Notes: generated by a model from the sequence alone, not told the origin. A stretch of DNA of 64,000 nt from Candidatus Omnitrophota bacterium (GCA_043805415.1 JAZDHZ010000034.1:37478-101477); one strand, 5' to 3'; shown: positions 1 through 11,502, counted from the stretch's first letter. A program made the numbers and translations.

Positions 1-1358
1 TGCGTGATAATCTGAGCAAGATTTATGAAAAAGAAATGTCTAAATATATGGATGATCCATGGAAAGCGCGCAATGAGTATATAAATGTTATTCTTGCTCG
101 CTCCCCAGAGAGTACAGGGGGTTTTATCTCCGATCATGCAAGTCGAGAGTTATTGGAAATAGAAAAAACTAATTTATTAAAAATGCTGGAAATGCAGCGA
201 CACGCGATGTTGATGTACACTAGTTGCGGCTGGTTTTTTGATGAGCTTTCAGGTATAGAAACGATCCAGGTAATACATTATGCGGCTCGGGCGATTCAAC
301 TAGCAAAAGAGGTGACTGGAATTGATTTAGAACCAGGATATTTAGAAATATTGAAAAAAGCAAAGAGTAATATTGCTGAATATGAAGATGGGGCCAAACT
401 GTATAATAAAATTATTAAGCCGACCATGCTTGACTTGAAAAGAGTGGCAGCTCATTACGCGGTTTCTTCTCTATTTAATGACTATGATCCAATCGCTAAG
501 ATTTATTCCTATGAAGTGCAGAGTAGTGATCAGGAGAAGATGCAAGCAGGTAAACAGCAACTTGTTGTTGGCACAGTAAAAATTATTTCCCAGATAACAT
601 TTGAACAAGGCGAGTTTAGTTATGCCATATTGTATTTAGGGGATCATATTGTTTTAGGGGGAGTGACAAAAGCTTTAAATCCCGATATTTTTGCCCAAAT
701 GCACAATAAAATCAGTGAAGCTTTTCAAAGAAGTAATGTCTCGGAAATATTTTCATTATTAGATGAATACTTTGGAACCCATGATTTTTCTTTATGGCAT
801 CTTTTTAAAGATGATCAAAGAAAAGTGCTAAATAAAATTCTCGGCGCAACGCTTAATGAAATCGAAACATCATTCAGGCAAGTAAAGGAACATCATTACC
901 CAATTATGCTCGCAATGAAAGAAATCGGAATTCCTTTGCCGAATGTTTTTTTAAATACCTTCGAGTTTCTTTTCAACACAGACATGAAAAAAGCTTTGGA
1001 GGCTGACCAAATAGAAATAAAACGTCTTATTGAGCTTGTAAAACAAGTAAAACGCTGGTCGCTTAAAATAGATAAACAAACAATCGGTTTTATTGCAAGC
1101 AAACGAATCACATCGTTAATGGAAGAGTTTAAGATAAATCCCGAAAATGTGACAAATATAAAGATCATAGAAAATATGTTTAAAGTTTTACGGCCACTAG
1201 ACTTACCATTGCGTATTTGGGAAGCTCAGAACATATATTTTTCGCTTAGAAAAGAATTGTTTGCTATTATGAATGCGAAGTTAAAGCAAAACGATAAGGA
1301 TGCAAAAAAATGGTGTGTAAACTTTAATGCCTTAGGCAATATCTTATCAATCAGGTAA
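1..1358 (+). CDS. C-terminal part of a GH57-associated (DUF3536-like) alpha-glucan-active protein; 5' end lies outside the window
   Basis: The reading frame is open from nt 3 with no upstream stop. The motif TSCGWFFDELSGIET is recalled from the DUF3536 region of GH57 enzymes. It sits beside malQ. Confidence 0.45.
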   Translation, partial: RDNLSKIYEKEMSKYMDDPWKARNEYINVILARSPESTGGFISDHASRELLEIEKTNLLKMLEMQRHAMLMYTSCGWFFDELSGIETIQVIHYAARAIQLAKEVTGIDLEPGYLEILKKAKSNIAEYEDGAKLYNKIIKPTMLDLKRVAAHYAVSSLFNDYDPIAKIYSYEVQSSDQEKMQAGKQQLVVGTVKIISQITFEQGEFSYAILYLGDHIVLGGVTKALNPDIFAQMHNKISEAFQRSNVSEIFSLLDEYFGTHDFSLWHLFKDDQRKVLNKILGATLNEIETSFRQVKEHHYPIMLAMKEIGIPLPNVFLNTFEFLFNTDMKKALEADQIEIKRLIELVKQVKRWSLKIDKQTIGFIASKRITSLMEEFKINPENVTNIKIIENMFKVLRPLDLPLRIWEAQNIYFSLRKELFAIMNAKLKQNDKDAKKWCVNFNALGNILSIR

Positions 1359-1423
1359 TAAATATTAACTCTAAACAAGCGTGGTTCAAAAAACAATTCA
1401 AGTAATTCAAGAATTTAGGGGGC

Positions 1424-2920
1424 ATGATGATTAAGCGGGGGAGCGGTTTATTATTGCATATTAGCAGTTTGGATTCAGCCTTTGGGATTGGGGATTTGGG
1501 GCAGGGAGCTTTTAAGTTTATTGATTTTTTAAAAAAAACAAACCAAAGTTATTGGCAGATATTGCCGCTTAATCCCACGGATTTAATCAGCGGCAACTCT
1601 CCTTACAGCAGTGCTTCCGCTTTTGCTGTAAATAGTTTATTGATAAGTCCAGGCTTATTGGTTAAAGATGGATTGCTTGAGGAAAAAGACCTTGAAATTT
1701 TTAAAGGAATTGCTCGAGATAAAGTTGATTATGAGTTAGTTTGTCAAGCTAAGGCAGAAATTTTCACAAAAGCTTTTGAACGTTTTAAAACCAGGGGGAT
1801 AAGTAAGGATTTTAAAACTTTTTGTAAAAACAATACTTCCTGGCTGGATGATTTTGCTGATTTTATGGTTTTTAAATCTTGCTTTGAGCAGAAGTGCTGG
1901 ACTCAATGGCCAATAGAAATTCGAGACCGTGATCAGCAAGCCATGCAGGGTCTAAGAGCGTCTAATTCTGACGCGATCCTGAAAGAAAAGTTTCTCCAAT
2001 ATATATTTTTTAAACAATGGCATGCTATTAAAAAATACGCGAATAAAAAAGGAGTGCAAATTATCGGGGATATTCCAATATATGTGACATATGACAGTGT
2101 TGATGTTTGGACTCATTCCGAGATTTTTAAGCTCACTAAAGATAAAAATCTTGAGTTTTTAGCAGGCGTACCGCCGGATTATTTTAGCAATACTGGACAA
2201 TTGTGGGGCAACCCTGTTTATGATTGGGATAAGCTAAAAGAGCAAGATTATTCATGGTGGATGCAAAGGGTTGAGCATAACCTTAAACTTTTTGACTTGG
2301 TTCGGATCGATCATTTTCGCGGATTCGTTGATTTTTGGCAAGTACCTGCTGGACAGGATACGGCAATTAATGGTCAATGGGTAAAAGCTCCGGCAAAGGA
2401 TTTTTTTACAAAACTTTTAAACAAATTTCCAGACTTGCCGATATTGGCTGAAGATTTGGGGATTATAACGGATGAGGTTAGGCAGACAATAAAGGACTTT
2501 TCATTTCCAGGAATGAAAATACTTTTGTTTGCTTTTTATGAAGATTTAGTAAAACATCCTTACTTGCCGCATAACTATACTGATAATTGCGCGGCTTATA
2601 CAGGCACGCATGATAATAATACTTTAAGAGGATGGTTTGATAATGAATTGTCATCAGAAGATAAGAAAAAATTGTTTGAATATCTTAAGGCTGAGGTGTC
2701 TGTAGATGATTTAAACTGGGTTTTAATCAAACTTTTAATGGATTCCGTTGCTAAGCTTGTCATAATCCCTGTACAGGACATATTAGGCCTTGGACAGGAA
2801 CATCGAATGAATACTCCGGGACTTGCTCAAGGTAACTGGCAGTGGCGCCTGAGTAATGATTTTATTACAGATAATATAAGTGATAAACTTTTAGAACTTA
2901 CGGTAACATCAAAAAGATAA
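1424..2920 (+). CDS. malQ: 4-alpha-glucanotransferase (amylomaltase, GH77)
   Basis: The N-terminus SGLLLHISSL..FGIGDLG is typical of MalQ. Length is ~498 aa with a Gly-rich catalytic region. An RBS (GGGGGC) lies upstream. Confidence 0.85.
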   Translation: MMIKRGSGLLLHISSLDSAFGIGDLGQGAFKFIDFLKKTNQSYWQILPLNPTDLISGNSPYSSASAFAVNSLLISPGLLVKDGLLEEKDLEIFKGIARDKVDYELVCQAKAEIFTKAFERFKTRGISKDFKTFCKNNTSWLDDFADFMVFKSCFEQKCWTQWPIEIRDRDQQAMQGLRASNSDAILKEKFLQYIFFKQWHAIKKYANKKGVQIIGDIPIYVTYDSVDVWTHSEIFKLTKDKNLEFLAGVPPDYFSNTGQLWGNPVYDWDKLKEQDYSWWMQRVEHNLKLFDLVRIDHFRGFVDFWQVPAGQDTAINGQWVKAPAKDFFTKLLNKFPDLPILAEDLGIITDEVRQTIKDFSFPGMKILLFAFYEDLVKHPYLPHNYTDNCAAYTGTHDNNTLRGWFDNELSSEDKKKLFEYLKAEVSVDDLNWVLIKLLMDSVAKLVIIPVQDILGLGQEHRMNTPGLAQGNWQWRLSNDFITDNISDKLLELTVTSKR

Positions 2921-3369
2921 ATGAGTTATGATCTTTTACTGCTCTACATAAAAGACATTGTGGGCATTGCAAAGTTTAAGCATATATGGTATACTTAATA
3001 AGTTTTAAAAAGATATAAATAAGAGTAATATCTTTAAATAAGGACTTATATGCGAAACTCGAGAAAATTTTCGACCTCAGACTTATCCAAGGCAACATTT
3101 GTTTACTCTTTTAGGCAGGATACTTTCTCAAAGGTTTGCTATCTTGTTTTAATTGGGTATCTATTTTTTGTCTCCATTATAATGCTTGTTGATGTATTAA
3201 GGTAAAAATAAGCATTTCCTCGAATATCCACAATTTTACAGTAATTTAAAAATAACGTGCAGCTAAAAAATAAGCAGCTTATTTCAACCTGTTTATTCTG
3301 AATTAGATAAATGCTCAGGCAAAGTTTTGCTGGACATAGAGTGCTATTGTAATATAATAATCCCTATAT

Positions 3370-4623
3370 ATGGAAAAAATTATTACTGTTACGGTGAATA
3401 TTACTGATAAAAAGCATTCTGTTGAAGATTGGTCGCTTGAACAATCTGCGCAGGAGTTGGCTCTTTTAATTCGGACGGTAAAGGGTGAAGTTGTTGGACA
3501 GATGCTGGCCAATCGTAAAACCCCAATGCCCAGCTCATACTTGGGTAAAGGCAAAGTAGAGGAATTATCTAATTTAGTTAAAGAAGTCAATGCGCAAACA
3601 GTTATATTTAATAATGACTTAACTCCTACCCAGCAGCGTAATCTTGAAGAGTCTCTGGGTGTAAAAACCATTGACCGGACCCAATTAATTCTCGATATAT
3701 TTGCTCGCCACGCCAGAACTAGTGAGGGAAAAGTTCAAGTAGAACTTGCCCAGCTGCAATATCTTTTGCCTCGTTTAGCAGGAAAGGGGATTGTACTTTC
3801 CCGCCTAGGCGGGGGGATTGGGACTCGCGGTCCAGGCGAGCAAAAGCTGGAAATTGACAGACGCCGGATCCGAACGCGGATTGATCGATTAAAAAAAGAT
3901 ATTAAAATTTTAAGTCAAAGGCGTTTGCAGCTAAGGACAAGACGACTGGAACACTCTTTGTCTACAGTTGCTTTAGTTGGCTACACCAATGCTGGTAAGT
4001 CAACACTGCTTAATGTTTTAGCCGGAGCAAGTGTTAAAATAAAAGATGAAATGTTTAGTACTCTTGATCCAGTAACCAAAAAGGTTACTTTGCCGAGTTG
4101 TAAATTAAAAATACTTTTATCAGATACAGTTGGTTTTTTGCATAAACTGCCGCATGATTTAATCGAGGCTTTTCAGGCAACGCTTGAAGCGGTAAAGGAT
4201 GCGCAATTAATAGTTATTGTGCTGGATATTTCAGATGAACTTGTTTATCAGCATAATGATGTGATTTGGGAAGTTTTAAACAGTCTGAATGTGCAAGACA
4301 AGCCAATTGTCTATGCTTTAAATAAGATTGATCTTATTGAGGATAAAAGTCTTGCGGATAGATTTAAAAGGCGATTTAATCCTGGTATTGCTGTTTCCGC
4401 AAAAGCTAATTTAAACATGGATATTCTTATGAGGGTTATTGAGGATAGCTTGCTTGATGAGTCAACGATTAGCGAGTTTTTTATCAAACATAGCCAAATG
4501 AATGCGCTTAATACGATTTACGAGCAAGGAAAAGTGCTTAAATTTGAGCATCGGGAAGACGGCATTTATGTAAAAGCAAAGATTCCAAGTTTATTAGCAA
4601 AAAAGCTCTTGACAGAAATTTAA
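3370..4623 (+). CDS. hflX: GTPase HflX
   Basis: It has a G1 P-loop (GYTNAGKST), DTVGF and NKID motifs and an N-terminal HflX domain. Length is 417 aa. Confidence 0.85.
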   Translation: MEKIITVTVNITDKKHSVEDWSLEQSAQELALLIRTVKGEVVGQMLANRKTPMPSSYLGKGKVEELSNLVKEVNAQTVIFNNDLTPTQQRNLEESLGVKTIDRTQLILDIFARHARTSEGKVQVELAQLQYLLPRLAGKGIVLSRLGGGIGTRGPGEQKLEIDRRRIRTRIDRLKKDIKILSQRRLQLRTRRLEHSLSTVALVGYTNAGKSTLLNVLAGASVKIKDEMFSTLDPVTKKVTLPSCKLKILLSDTVGFLHKLPHDLIEAFQATLEAVKDAQLIVIVLDISDELVYQHNDVIWEVLNSLNVQDKPIVYALNKIDLIEDKSLADRFKRRFNPGIAVSAKANLNMDILMRVIEDSLLDESTISEFFIKHSQMNALNTIYEQGKVLKFEHREDGIYVKAKIPSLLAKKLLTEI

Positions 4624-4639
4624 ACCTTGTGTTACTATA

Positions 4640-4666
4640 TTAGCACTCTTGTATGGAGAGTGCTAA
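4640..4666 (+). promoter_or_regulatory. CIRCE operator (HrcA binding site) TTAGCACTC-N9-GAGTGCTAA
   Basis: This is a perfect 9-N9-9 inverted repeat 12 nt upstream of the hrcA GTG start. It is preceded by a TACTATAT -10-like hexamer. Confidence 0.85.
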
Positions 4667-4678
4667 AGCGGAGCAAGC

Positions 4679-5731
4679 GTGAAGGTAGACGTAGAGCAAA
4701 GAAGAGAAAAAATCCTAAGGATTGTGATTAATAATTATATTTCTACAGGTAGTCCTGTGAGCTCAAGAACTATTTGTAATAAATATAGAGTAGCTTTGTG
4801 TCCGGCATCAGTCAGAAATGTATTAGCTGATTTGGAAGAGCAAGGCATGATAACGCATTTGCATACTTCGGCGGGAAGAATCCCCACGGATAAAGGATAT
4901 CGTTATTATGTTGATCGGCTTTTAAAATATTCCGGACTAACACCTCAGGAACAGACTGTAATTAATAAAGAATACTTAAGTAAGCATCTTGCTCTAGAAG
5001 AAGTGATGCGTAAGACATCAAAGTTATTATCAAATCTGACGAGTTATGCTGCTGTAGTTTCGCAGCCGGAAATTAAAAAGACAGCGTTTAAGCATATACA
5101 ATTTACAATGCTTGACGCGCAAAAAGTTTGTGTGACTTTAATCGCGAATACTGGAATGACCAAAAGCACAGTAGTTCATCTTGACGCGAAGATTGATAAG
5201 CAACAGCTTAGCAAGATTCAAAATTTTATGAATTCGCAGTTTGAAGATGTTCCGCTGTCACTGATAAAGCTAGAACTGCGCAGGATGATGATTCAAGAAA
5301 GAGATTCTTTCTTCCAGGTCTTACAAAATGCTATTGACCTTGTTGATTTAAGCTCAATAATTGACGATAGCATGCGTTTTTATCTTGAAGGGCTTAGTAA
5401 TGTTTTAGACTATCCTGATTTTGAGGATGCCCAAATGGTACGTTCTTTGATTAAAGTTTTAGATGAAAAAATTACTCTTTCGGGTATGCTGAACGATATT
5501 ATAAGTGAAACCCAGCAAAAAAAAATAATACGGATTTTTATCGGGCAGGAAAATCCCTGCGATATGGGCAAGAATTGCACAATAATTATGAGCAGCTACG
5601 CAGTAGATGATAAAATTGTGGGCGGACTGGGGATCATTGGTCCAAAACGCATGGATTATGGCAAAGCAATTGCCACAGTTCAGTATGTTTCTGATATGCT
5701 TAGCGAATCTTTAAACCGCTTTAGTTTTTAA
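4679..5731 (+). CDS. hrcA: heat-inducible transcription repressor HrcA
   Basis: It has a winged-helix N-terminus (VSSRTI..SVRNVLADLEEQG) and an HrcA C-terminal domain. It is the first gene of the hrcA-grpE-dnaK-dnaJ operon. It has a GTG start. Confidence 0.9.
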   Translation: MKVDVEQRREKILRIVINNYISTGSPVSSRTICNKYRVALCPASVRNVLADLEEQGMITHLHTSAGRIPTDKGYRYYVDRLLKYSGLTPQEQTVINKEYLSKHLALEEVMRKTSKLLSNLTSYAAVVSQPEIKKTAFKHIQFTMLDAQKVCVTLIANTGMTKSTVVHLDAKIDKQQLSKIQNFMNSQFEDVPLSLIKLELRRMMIQERDSFFQVLQNAIDLVDLSSIIDDSMRFYLEGLSNVLDYPDFEDAQMVRSLIKVLDEKITLSGMLNDIISETQQKKIIRIFIGQENPCDMGKNCTIIMSSYAVDDKIVGGLGIIGPKRMDYGKAIATVQYVSDMLSESLNRFSF

Positions 5732-5744
5732 GGAAAGATTTATT

Positions 5745-6341
5745 ATGAGTAAAGAACACAATAAAAAAGAAAATAAAGAAGAAGATAAACAACTTGATAT
5801 GGAAGAAAACCAACAACAGGACGCGGAAGAACAAATTATCTCAATTCCCAAAGCTGAGTATGAGCAATTACAGCTGAGCAGGGATAATGCTGCCGCGGCT
5901 CTTGAGAAAATGCTAAGGATTCAGGCTGATTTTGAAAATTCCAGAAAACGGCTTGAACGGGATAAAACTGATTTTATTAAATACGCGAATGATCAGATAA
6001 TCAGTCAATTAATTCCGTTTGTTGATGATTTTAAACGCGCCTTTGCCGCGGCTGACCAGACAAAAGACTTTGAGGTTTTACACAAGGGCGTGGAGATGAT
6101 CTTAAAACACCTGATTGAATTGCTAAAACAAAAGGGAGTTACGGAAATCGAAGCAGTAGGGAAAAAGTTTGATCCGGCATTTCATGAAGCAATGCTCCAG
6201 GTTGAAACCGATGAACATCCGGAAGATACCATAGTTGAAGAATTTCAAAAAGGCTATCTTTTAAACGACAGAGTTTTGCGCGCGGCAAAAGTAAAAGTCG
6301 CCAAAGCAAAAGAACAAGAAAATAAAGAAGATAACATTTAA
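5745..6341 (+). CDS. grpE: nucleotide exchange factor GrpE
   Basis: It has an acidic N-terminus, a coiled coil and a GrpE C-terminal beta domain (DPAFHEAM..). Its operon position fits. Confidence 0.85.
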   Translation: MSKEHNKKENKEEDKQLDMEENQQQDAEEQIISIPKAEYEQLQLSRDNAAAALEKMLRIQADFENSRKRLERDKTDFIKYANDQIISQLIPFVDDFKRAFAAADQTKDFEVLHKGVEMILKHLIELLKQKGVTEIEAVGKKFDPAFHEAMLQVETDEHPEDTIVEEFQKGYLLNDRVLRAAKVKVAKAKEQENKEDNI

Positions 6342-6367
6342 ACAATAAAATAAAGGGGAGGTCAAAA

Positions 6368-8253
6368 ATGGCAAAAGTAATTGGAATCGATTTAGGTACA
6401 TCTAATTCAGCGGCATCGATATTAGAAGGAGGCAGACCAGTTATAATTCCTTCAGCCGAAGGAACAACAGTGGGTGGTGGTAAAGCTTTTCCGTCTATAG
6501 TCGCGTTTACAAAAGATGGGCAAAGACTGGTTGGCGAGCCGGCACGGCGTCAGGCTTCAATCAACGCGCAAGGAACAATCCAGGCAGCCAAAAGAAAATG
6601 GGGCTGGATTATCATTTCGAAGCTTATGGCAATAAATATACTCCGCAGCAGATATCAGCTTTTATCTTGCAGAAAATAAAAGAAGACGCGGAAGCTTATC
6701 TTGGCGATAAAGTAGAAGAAGTAGTTATTACCTGTCCGGCGTATTTTGATGACAATCAAAGAGCGGCAACAAAAGATGCGGGTCAAATCGCTGGGCTGAA
6801 AGTATTAAGAATTATTAATGAGCCTACAGCAGCCTGCCTTGCCTATGGACTTGATAAATCAGGTAAAGAACGAAAGATCCTGGTTTTTGACTTGGGCGGC
6901 GGAACTCTTGATGTAACAATAATGGAAATGGCTGATGGAGTATTTGAAGTAAAATCCACGCATGGGGATACTCATCTGGGCGGTACGGACATGGATAATA
7001 TTTTAATTGATTACATCGCTGATCAGTTTAAGAAAGAAAGCGGTATTGATCTGCGCAGTGATAAAATGGCTGTGCAAAGATTAAGAGAAGCCGCGGAAAA
7101 AGCAAAGATTGAACTTTCCGGAGCTTTGGCTACAGATATTAATCTGCCGTTTATTACGGCTGACGCGACCGGGCCAAAACATCTTACTTTAAATATAAGC
7201 CGAGCCAAACTGGAAGATCTTATCAATCCGATAGTTGAGCGCTGCCGTGGTCCGATTGAAAAAGCAATTGCTGATTCTAAAATTCCGGTTAACCAGATTG
7301 ATAAAATAATCATGGTTGGCGGCCCGACCCGGATGCCGATTGTTCAGAAATTTGTCGAAAGCGTTATTGGGACAAAAATTGAAGGCGGAGTTGATCCAAT
7401 GGAATGCGTAGCCATGGGCGCGGCGATTCAGGCAGGAATTATTAAAGGCGATGTAAAAGATATATTATTGCTTGATGTTACTCCATTGTCTTTAGGAATT
7501 GAAACCTTAGGCGGCGTTTGTACAAAACTAATTGAAAGAAATACAACAATTCCCACAAAAAAGAGCCAGATATTCTCAACCGCGGCGGATAATCAAACTG
7601 AGGTAACAATCAGAGTATTGCAGGGCGAACGTCAGATGGCTAATGATAATGTTGAGCTTGGCCGGTTTAATTTAGTGGGCATTCCGCCCGCGGCACGGGG
7701 TATTCCGCAAATCGAAGTCGCGTTTGATATTGACGCGAATGGTTTAGTACATGTCGCGGCTAAGGACCTTGGTACAGGCAAAGAACAGTCAATAAAAATC
7801 ACAGCTCCGAAAAAACTCTCAGAAGCAGAGATTGCCAAAATGGTAAAAGACGCGGAAGTTTTTGCTGAAGCTGATAAAAAGAAAAAAGAAGAAGTAGAAA
7901 CCCGTAACCAGGCAGAGACATTAGCCTACAGCACTGAAAAATCGCTTAAGGATTTCGGCGATAAAGTAAAAGCAGCGGATAAGAAAAATATTGAGAAGAA
8001 AATAGCGGATGTAAGAGAGGCGCTAAAAGGAACAGACACAGATAAGATCAAAGCGTCCGCGGAAGAGTTGTCAAAAGCATCACACTCTTTAGCTGAGGAA
8101 ATTTATAAAGCGCAGTCAGCACAGCAGCAATCTCAAGCCGGAGACCATGCAGCTGGCGCGGGGCAAGCTCAGCAAGAAGATTCACAAACAGATAAGAAAT
8201 CAAAAGAAGATGTTGTTGACGCGGAGTACAAAGTAGAAGACGAAAATAAATAA
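6368..8253 (+). CDS. dnaK: molecular chaperone DnaK, interrupted by a -1 frameshift in an A4-G-A4 run at 6590-6598
   Basis: ORF 6368..6679 encodes the DnaK N-terminus ([14 protein letters not shown]..). ORF 6598..8253 continues in another frame (..[36 protein letters not shown]..). Restoring one A gives a contiguous AAKRKMGLDY. Confidence 0.85.
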
Positions 8254-8350
8254 ACTAAACAGCAGACAGTAGTAAATACGCGAGATGTTGTAAAGTTGCT
8301 TATTTGCTGCTGTCTGTTTTATGCTTTTTAATATTGTTAAGGATAAAAAA

Positions 8351-9493
8351 ATGACCAATCGCGATTATTATGAAATATTAGGTGTTAGCAAGGGCGCTGA
8401 AGTTGGCGAAATAAAAAAGAGTTATCGACAACTGGCAATGAAATATCATCCTGACCGTGTTGCTCCTGAAAAACGCAAAGAATCTGAAGAGAAGTTTAAG
8501 GAAATATCAGAAGCTTATGCCGTGCTTTCCGATGCCAATAAACGCGCTCAATATGATCGGTTTGGTCATGCCGGCATAAACAATCAATATAGTTCGGAAG
8601 ATATATTCCGGGGAGCTGATTTTGGCTCAATCTTTGAAGAAATGGGTTTTGGCGGAGGAATTTTTGATGAACTGTTTTCCGGAGGCAGAGGCGGCGGGAG
8701 CCGGCGTTCGCAAAAAGGGCCAAGGCGGGGCGCGGATCTTGAATATCAGCTTGAGATCAGTTTTGAAGAAGCTGCTTTGGGAATTGAAAAAACCATATCA
8801 ATTAAGCGGGGCGAAACATGTACTGAATGCCAAGGTGAAGGCGCTGCTCCGGGCACAAAAAAAATCACCTGCCCAGCATGTAAAGGCAGCGGACAAATAG
8901 GACAGTCAGCGGGATTTTTTACCATCGCGAGAACCTGCGATAGCTGTCATGGCCAAGGCCAGATAATAACAACCCCCTGTAAAAAATGCCGCGGCATGGG
9001 CAAAGTTTCCATGGACCGGAAAATCAATGTTAAAATTCCCGCGGGAGTAGACAATGGCTCGCATCTGCGTGTGCGCTCAGAAGGCGAAGCCGGTGATAAA
9101 AATGGACCGCATGGTGATCTGTATATTTTAATTCACCTTAAAAAACATGAAACTTTCGAACGGCATAACGCGGATATATATTGCACAGTGCCGATTAGTT
9201 TTGTCGCAGCTGTGCTGGGCACAGAGATTGAAGTGCCTACGCTTTATGAATCTAAAATTAAAATGAAAATACCGCCAGGAACACAAACGGAAAAGATATT
9301 CAGAGTTACCGGAAAAGGTTTTGCCGATATCCGCGGTCATGGTAAAGGTGATCAATATGTAAAAGTTAGGGTTCAGGTACCAACAAACCTTAATCCCAGC
9401 CAGAAGAAATCCTTACTTGAATTCGCAAAGCTCACAGGCGAGGAAATAACAAACGAATCTATATCCCAAAAAATTAAAAAAGCGTTCAAATAA
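8351..9493 (+). CDS. dnaJ: co-chaperone DnaJ
   Basis: It has a J domain with HPD, a Gly/Phe-rich linker and four CxxCxGxG zinc-finger repeats. The likely start is the MTNRDYYEILGV Met. Confidence 0.9.
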   Translation: MTNRDYYEILGVSKGAEVGEIKKSYRQLAMKYHPDRVAPEKRKESEEKFKEISEAYAVLSDANKRAQYDRFGHAGINNQYSSEDIFRGADFGSIFEEMGFGGGIFDELFSGGRGGGSRRSQKGPRRGADLEYQLEISFEEAALGIEKTISIKRGETCTECQGEGAAPGTKKITCPACKGSGQIGQSAGFFTIARTCDSCHGQGQIITTPCKKCRGMGKVSMDRKINVKIPAGVDNGSHLRVRSEGEAGDKNGPHGDLYILIHLKKHETFERHNADIYCTVPISFVAAVLGTEIEVPTLYESKIKMKIPPGTQTEKIFRVTGKGFADIRGHGKGDQYVKVRVQVPTNLNPSQKKSLLEFAKLTGEEITNESISQKIKKAFK

Positions 9494-9525
9494 AAGATAT
9501 TTTCTCCTTAGAAAGGATGATCTAA

Positions 9526-9867
9526 GTGCCTACATATGATTATGAATGTTTATCTTGCGGTTATCTGTTTGAGTTTTTTCAGCAAATGAGCGATAAACCG
9601 ATTAGCAAGTGTCCGGAATGCGGGAAAAATAAAGTTAAGCGGCATATCGGCGCGGGTATGGGGATTATCTTTAAAGGCTCAGGTTTTTATGAAACAGACT
9701 ATAAGCGCGGCGATAATGCCGGAGCAGGCAGTAAAGCATCTCAGAATAATACAGTAAAAGATGGAAAAACCCAAGAGCCGGCGAAAAAAACCGAGGTTGC
9801 TAAAACGCCATCAATGGAAAGCAATAATATAAGTAAAGCGCAAAGCAAAGAGAAAGATAAAAAATAA
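9526..9867 (+). CDS. FmdB-family zinc-ribbon protein
   Basis: The N-terminus MPTYDYECLSCGYLFE..KCPECG is a CxxC..CxxC zinc ribbon typical of the FmdB family. It has a GTG start. Confidence 0.55.
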   Translation: MPTYDYECLSCGYLFEFFQQMSDKPISKCPECGKNKVKRHIGAGMGIIFKGSGFYETDYKRGDNAGAGSKASQNNTVKDGKTQEPAKKTEVAKTPSMESNNISKAQSKEKDKK

Positions 9868-9868
9868 T

Positions 9869-10237
9869 ATGGATAAAAATTTTCGCTTATACTGGATACC
9901 AGTAATAAGTTGGGCGATTCTGATTTTTGCCTTATCCTCGGTTTCGCGATTTCCCAAACAGCTTGAGCCTGTGTTTTTAGTCGATAAGCTTGCCCATTCG
10001 ATTGAATATGCTATTTTCGGTTTTTTGCTGGCCAGGGCATTTAAAAATTCTCGAGAAAGTAATTTGAAAAAGTTTTTCCGCGTTTTCGCGATGATTTGTG
10101 TTATTGTATATGGCATAACTGATGAATGGCATCAGAGCTTTGTTCCGTATCGTACTGCAAGTGGATTAGATCTGTTATCTGATGGCATTGGCGGGATGAT
10201 CGGGCAAATGTTTTACAGAAATAAAACTAAAACATAA
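9869..10237 (+). CDS. VanZ-like family membrane protein
   Basis: It has three to four TM segments and the VanZ signature DEWHQSFVPYR. Confidence 0.6.
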   Translation: MDKNFRLYWIPVISWAILIFALSSVSRFPKQLEPVFLVDKLAHSIEYAIFGFLLARAFKNSRESNLKKFFRVFAMICVIVYGITDEWHQSFVPYRTASGLDLLSDGIGGMIGQMFYRNKTKT

Positions 10238-10248
10238 GGGAGACTAAG

Positions 10249-11502
10249 ATGGCAGATATTTTACCTTTTTGCGGTTTGCGTTATAACAAGAAAAAAGTCA
10301 AAGAAATAAACAAAACTTTTGCTCCGCCTTATGATGTTATCTCACCTAAAGAACAGGCTGAGCTGTACAAACAACATCCGTTTAATGTGGTTAGATTAAT
10401 TTTAGGTAAAACTTCCTCCGCGGATAATCAAAAGAACAATCGCTATACCCGGGCAGGCAATTTATTCTATAAATGGATCAAAGACGGGATTTTGGTTCAG
10501 GATGAAAAACAGTCAATCTATCTGTATACGCAGGAGTACACTTTTGAGGGAAAGGCTAAAAAACGGATAGGGTTTATCGCTAAAATGCAGTTTACCGGCA
10601 AAGGAAGTCTGCCGCATGAGCATACCTTAGCAAAACCAAAGGTAGACAGAGTTAATCTGATGCGCGCGGTCAAAGCCAACCTTAGCCCGATATTCTCTTT
10701 TTATATTGATAATAAAAATGAAATTGATAAGCTTTTAATCCCATTTGCCAAGGAAAAACCAATAATAAGCTTTAAAGACAAAGATAAAATTACGCATCGG
10801 TTTTGGAAAATAGATGATCATATGACCATTGAAAAAGTTAAAAAACTGATGAGCAAAAAAGAGACTTTTATTGCTGATGGGCATCATCGTTATGAAGTGG
10901 CTAAATCCTTTTATGAAGAATCGCTTGCAAAAGGCGAGACTGGTGCTGACGGGGTTATGGTTTATTTTACCGGATTCAATGACCAGAACTTGAGTGTTAT
11001 GCCCACACATAGAATGGTGCAGGATATTCCTGGTCTTGAGAAAAAAATAGATTCTTTGAATAAATATTTTAATATTACACAAGTCGATGGCTTAGCAGCG
11101 ATGCTTAGTACGCAGGCAAAAACATCGGGTTTTTCTTTGGGCATGTGTTATAAAAATGATTTTTATGTTTTAAAAATGAAGGATAAAGTACTGCTTGATC
11201 AAATAATGCGTAAATCTCCGGAACAGTGGCGGAAACTGGATGTGGCCATGCTTAATAAAGTGGTTTTTGAGCATATCTTTAAACTCAATGAAGCAGAAAA
11301 AGAAGACAAGATAACATATACCCGCGATCCTTTATTTGCCGTAGAAAGTGTGAAAAATAAAAAAGTGGGAGTGGTATTTTTCCCAAATACAACCAAAGCA
11401 GAGCAGGTTAAAAAAATAGCATTATCGGGAAATCGGATGCCGCAAAAATCAACTTATTTTTACCCAAAACCAATAACTGGACTTGTGATCAATAAGTTTT
11501 AG
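10249..11502 (+). CDS. DUF1015 family protein
   Basis: The N-terminus ILPFCGLRYN and the motif APPYDVIS are typical of DUF1015. Confidence 0.55.
   Translation: MADILPFCGLRYNKKKVKEINKTFAPPYDVISPKEQAELYKQHPFNVVRLILGKTSSADNQKNNRYTRAGNLFYKWIKDGILVQDEKQSIYLYTQEYTFEGKAKKRIGFIAKMQFTGKGSLPHEHTLAKPKVDRVNLMRAVKANLSPIFSFYIDNKNEIDKLLIPFAKEKPIISFKDKDKITHRFWKIDDHMTIEKVKKLMSKKETFIADGHHRYEVAKSFYEESLAKGETGADGVMVYFTGFNDQNLSVMPTHRMVQDIPGLEKKIDSLNKYFNITQVDGLAAMLSTQAKTSGFSLGMCYKNDFYVLKMKDKVLLDQIMRKSPEQWRKLDVAMLNKVVFEHIFKLNEAEKEDKITYTRDPLFAVESVKNKKVGVVFFPNTTKAEQVKKIALSGNRMPQKSTYFYPKPITGLVINKF

Noticed and set aside
3315-3671. 118-aa minus-strand ORF overlapping the hflX start
   Set aside because: It overlaps a confidently identified gene on the other strand and has no homology signal.
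6368-6679. Separate 103-aa gene upstream of dnaK
   Set aside because: It is the authentic N-terminus of DnaK. The split is a 1-nt homopolymer frameshift.
8622-8900. 92-aa alternative-frame ORF inside dnaJ
   Set aside because: It arises from the Gly-rich GC-biased segment of dnaJ. It is not a gene.
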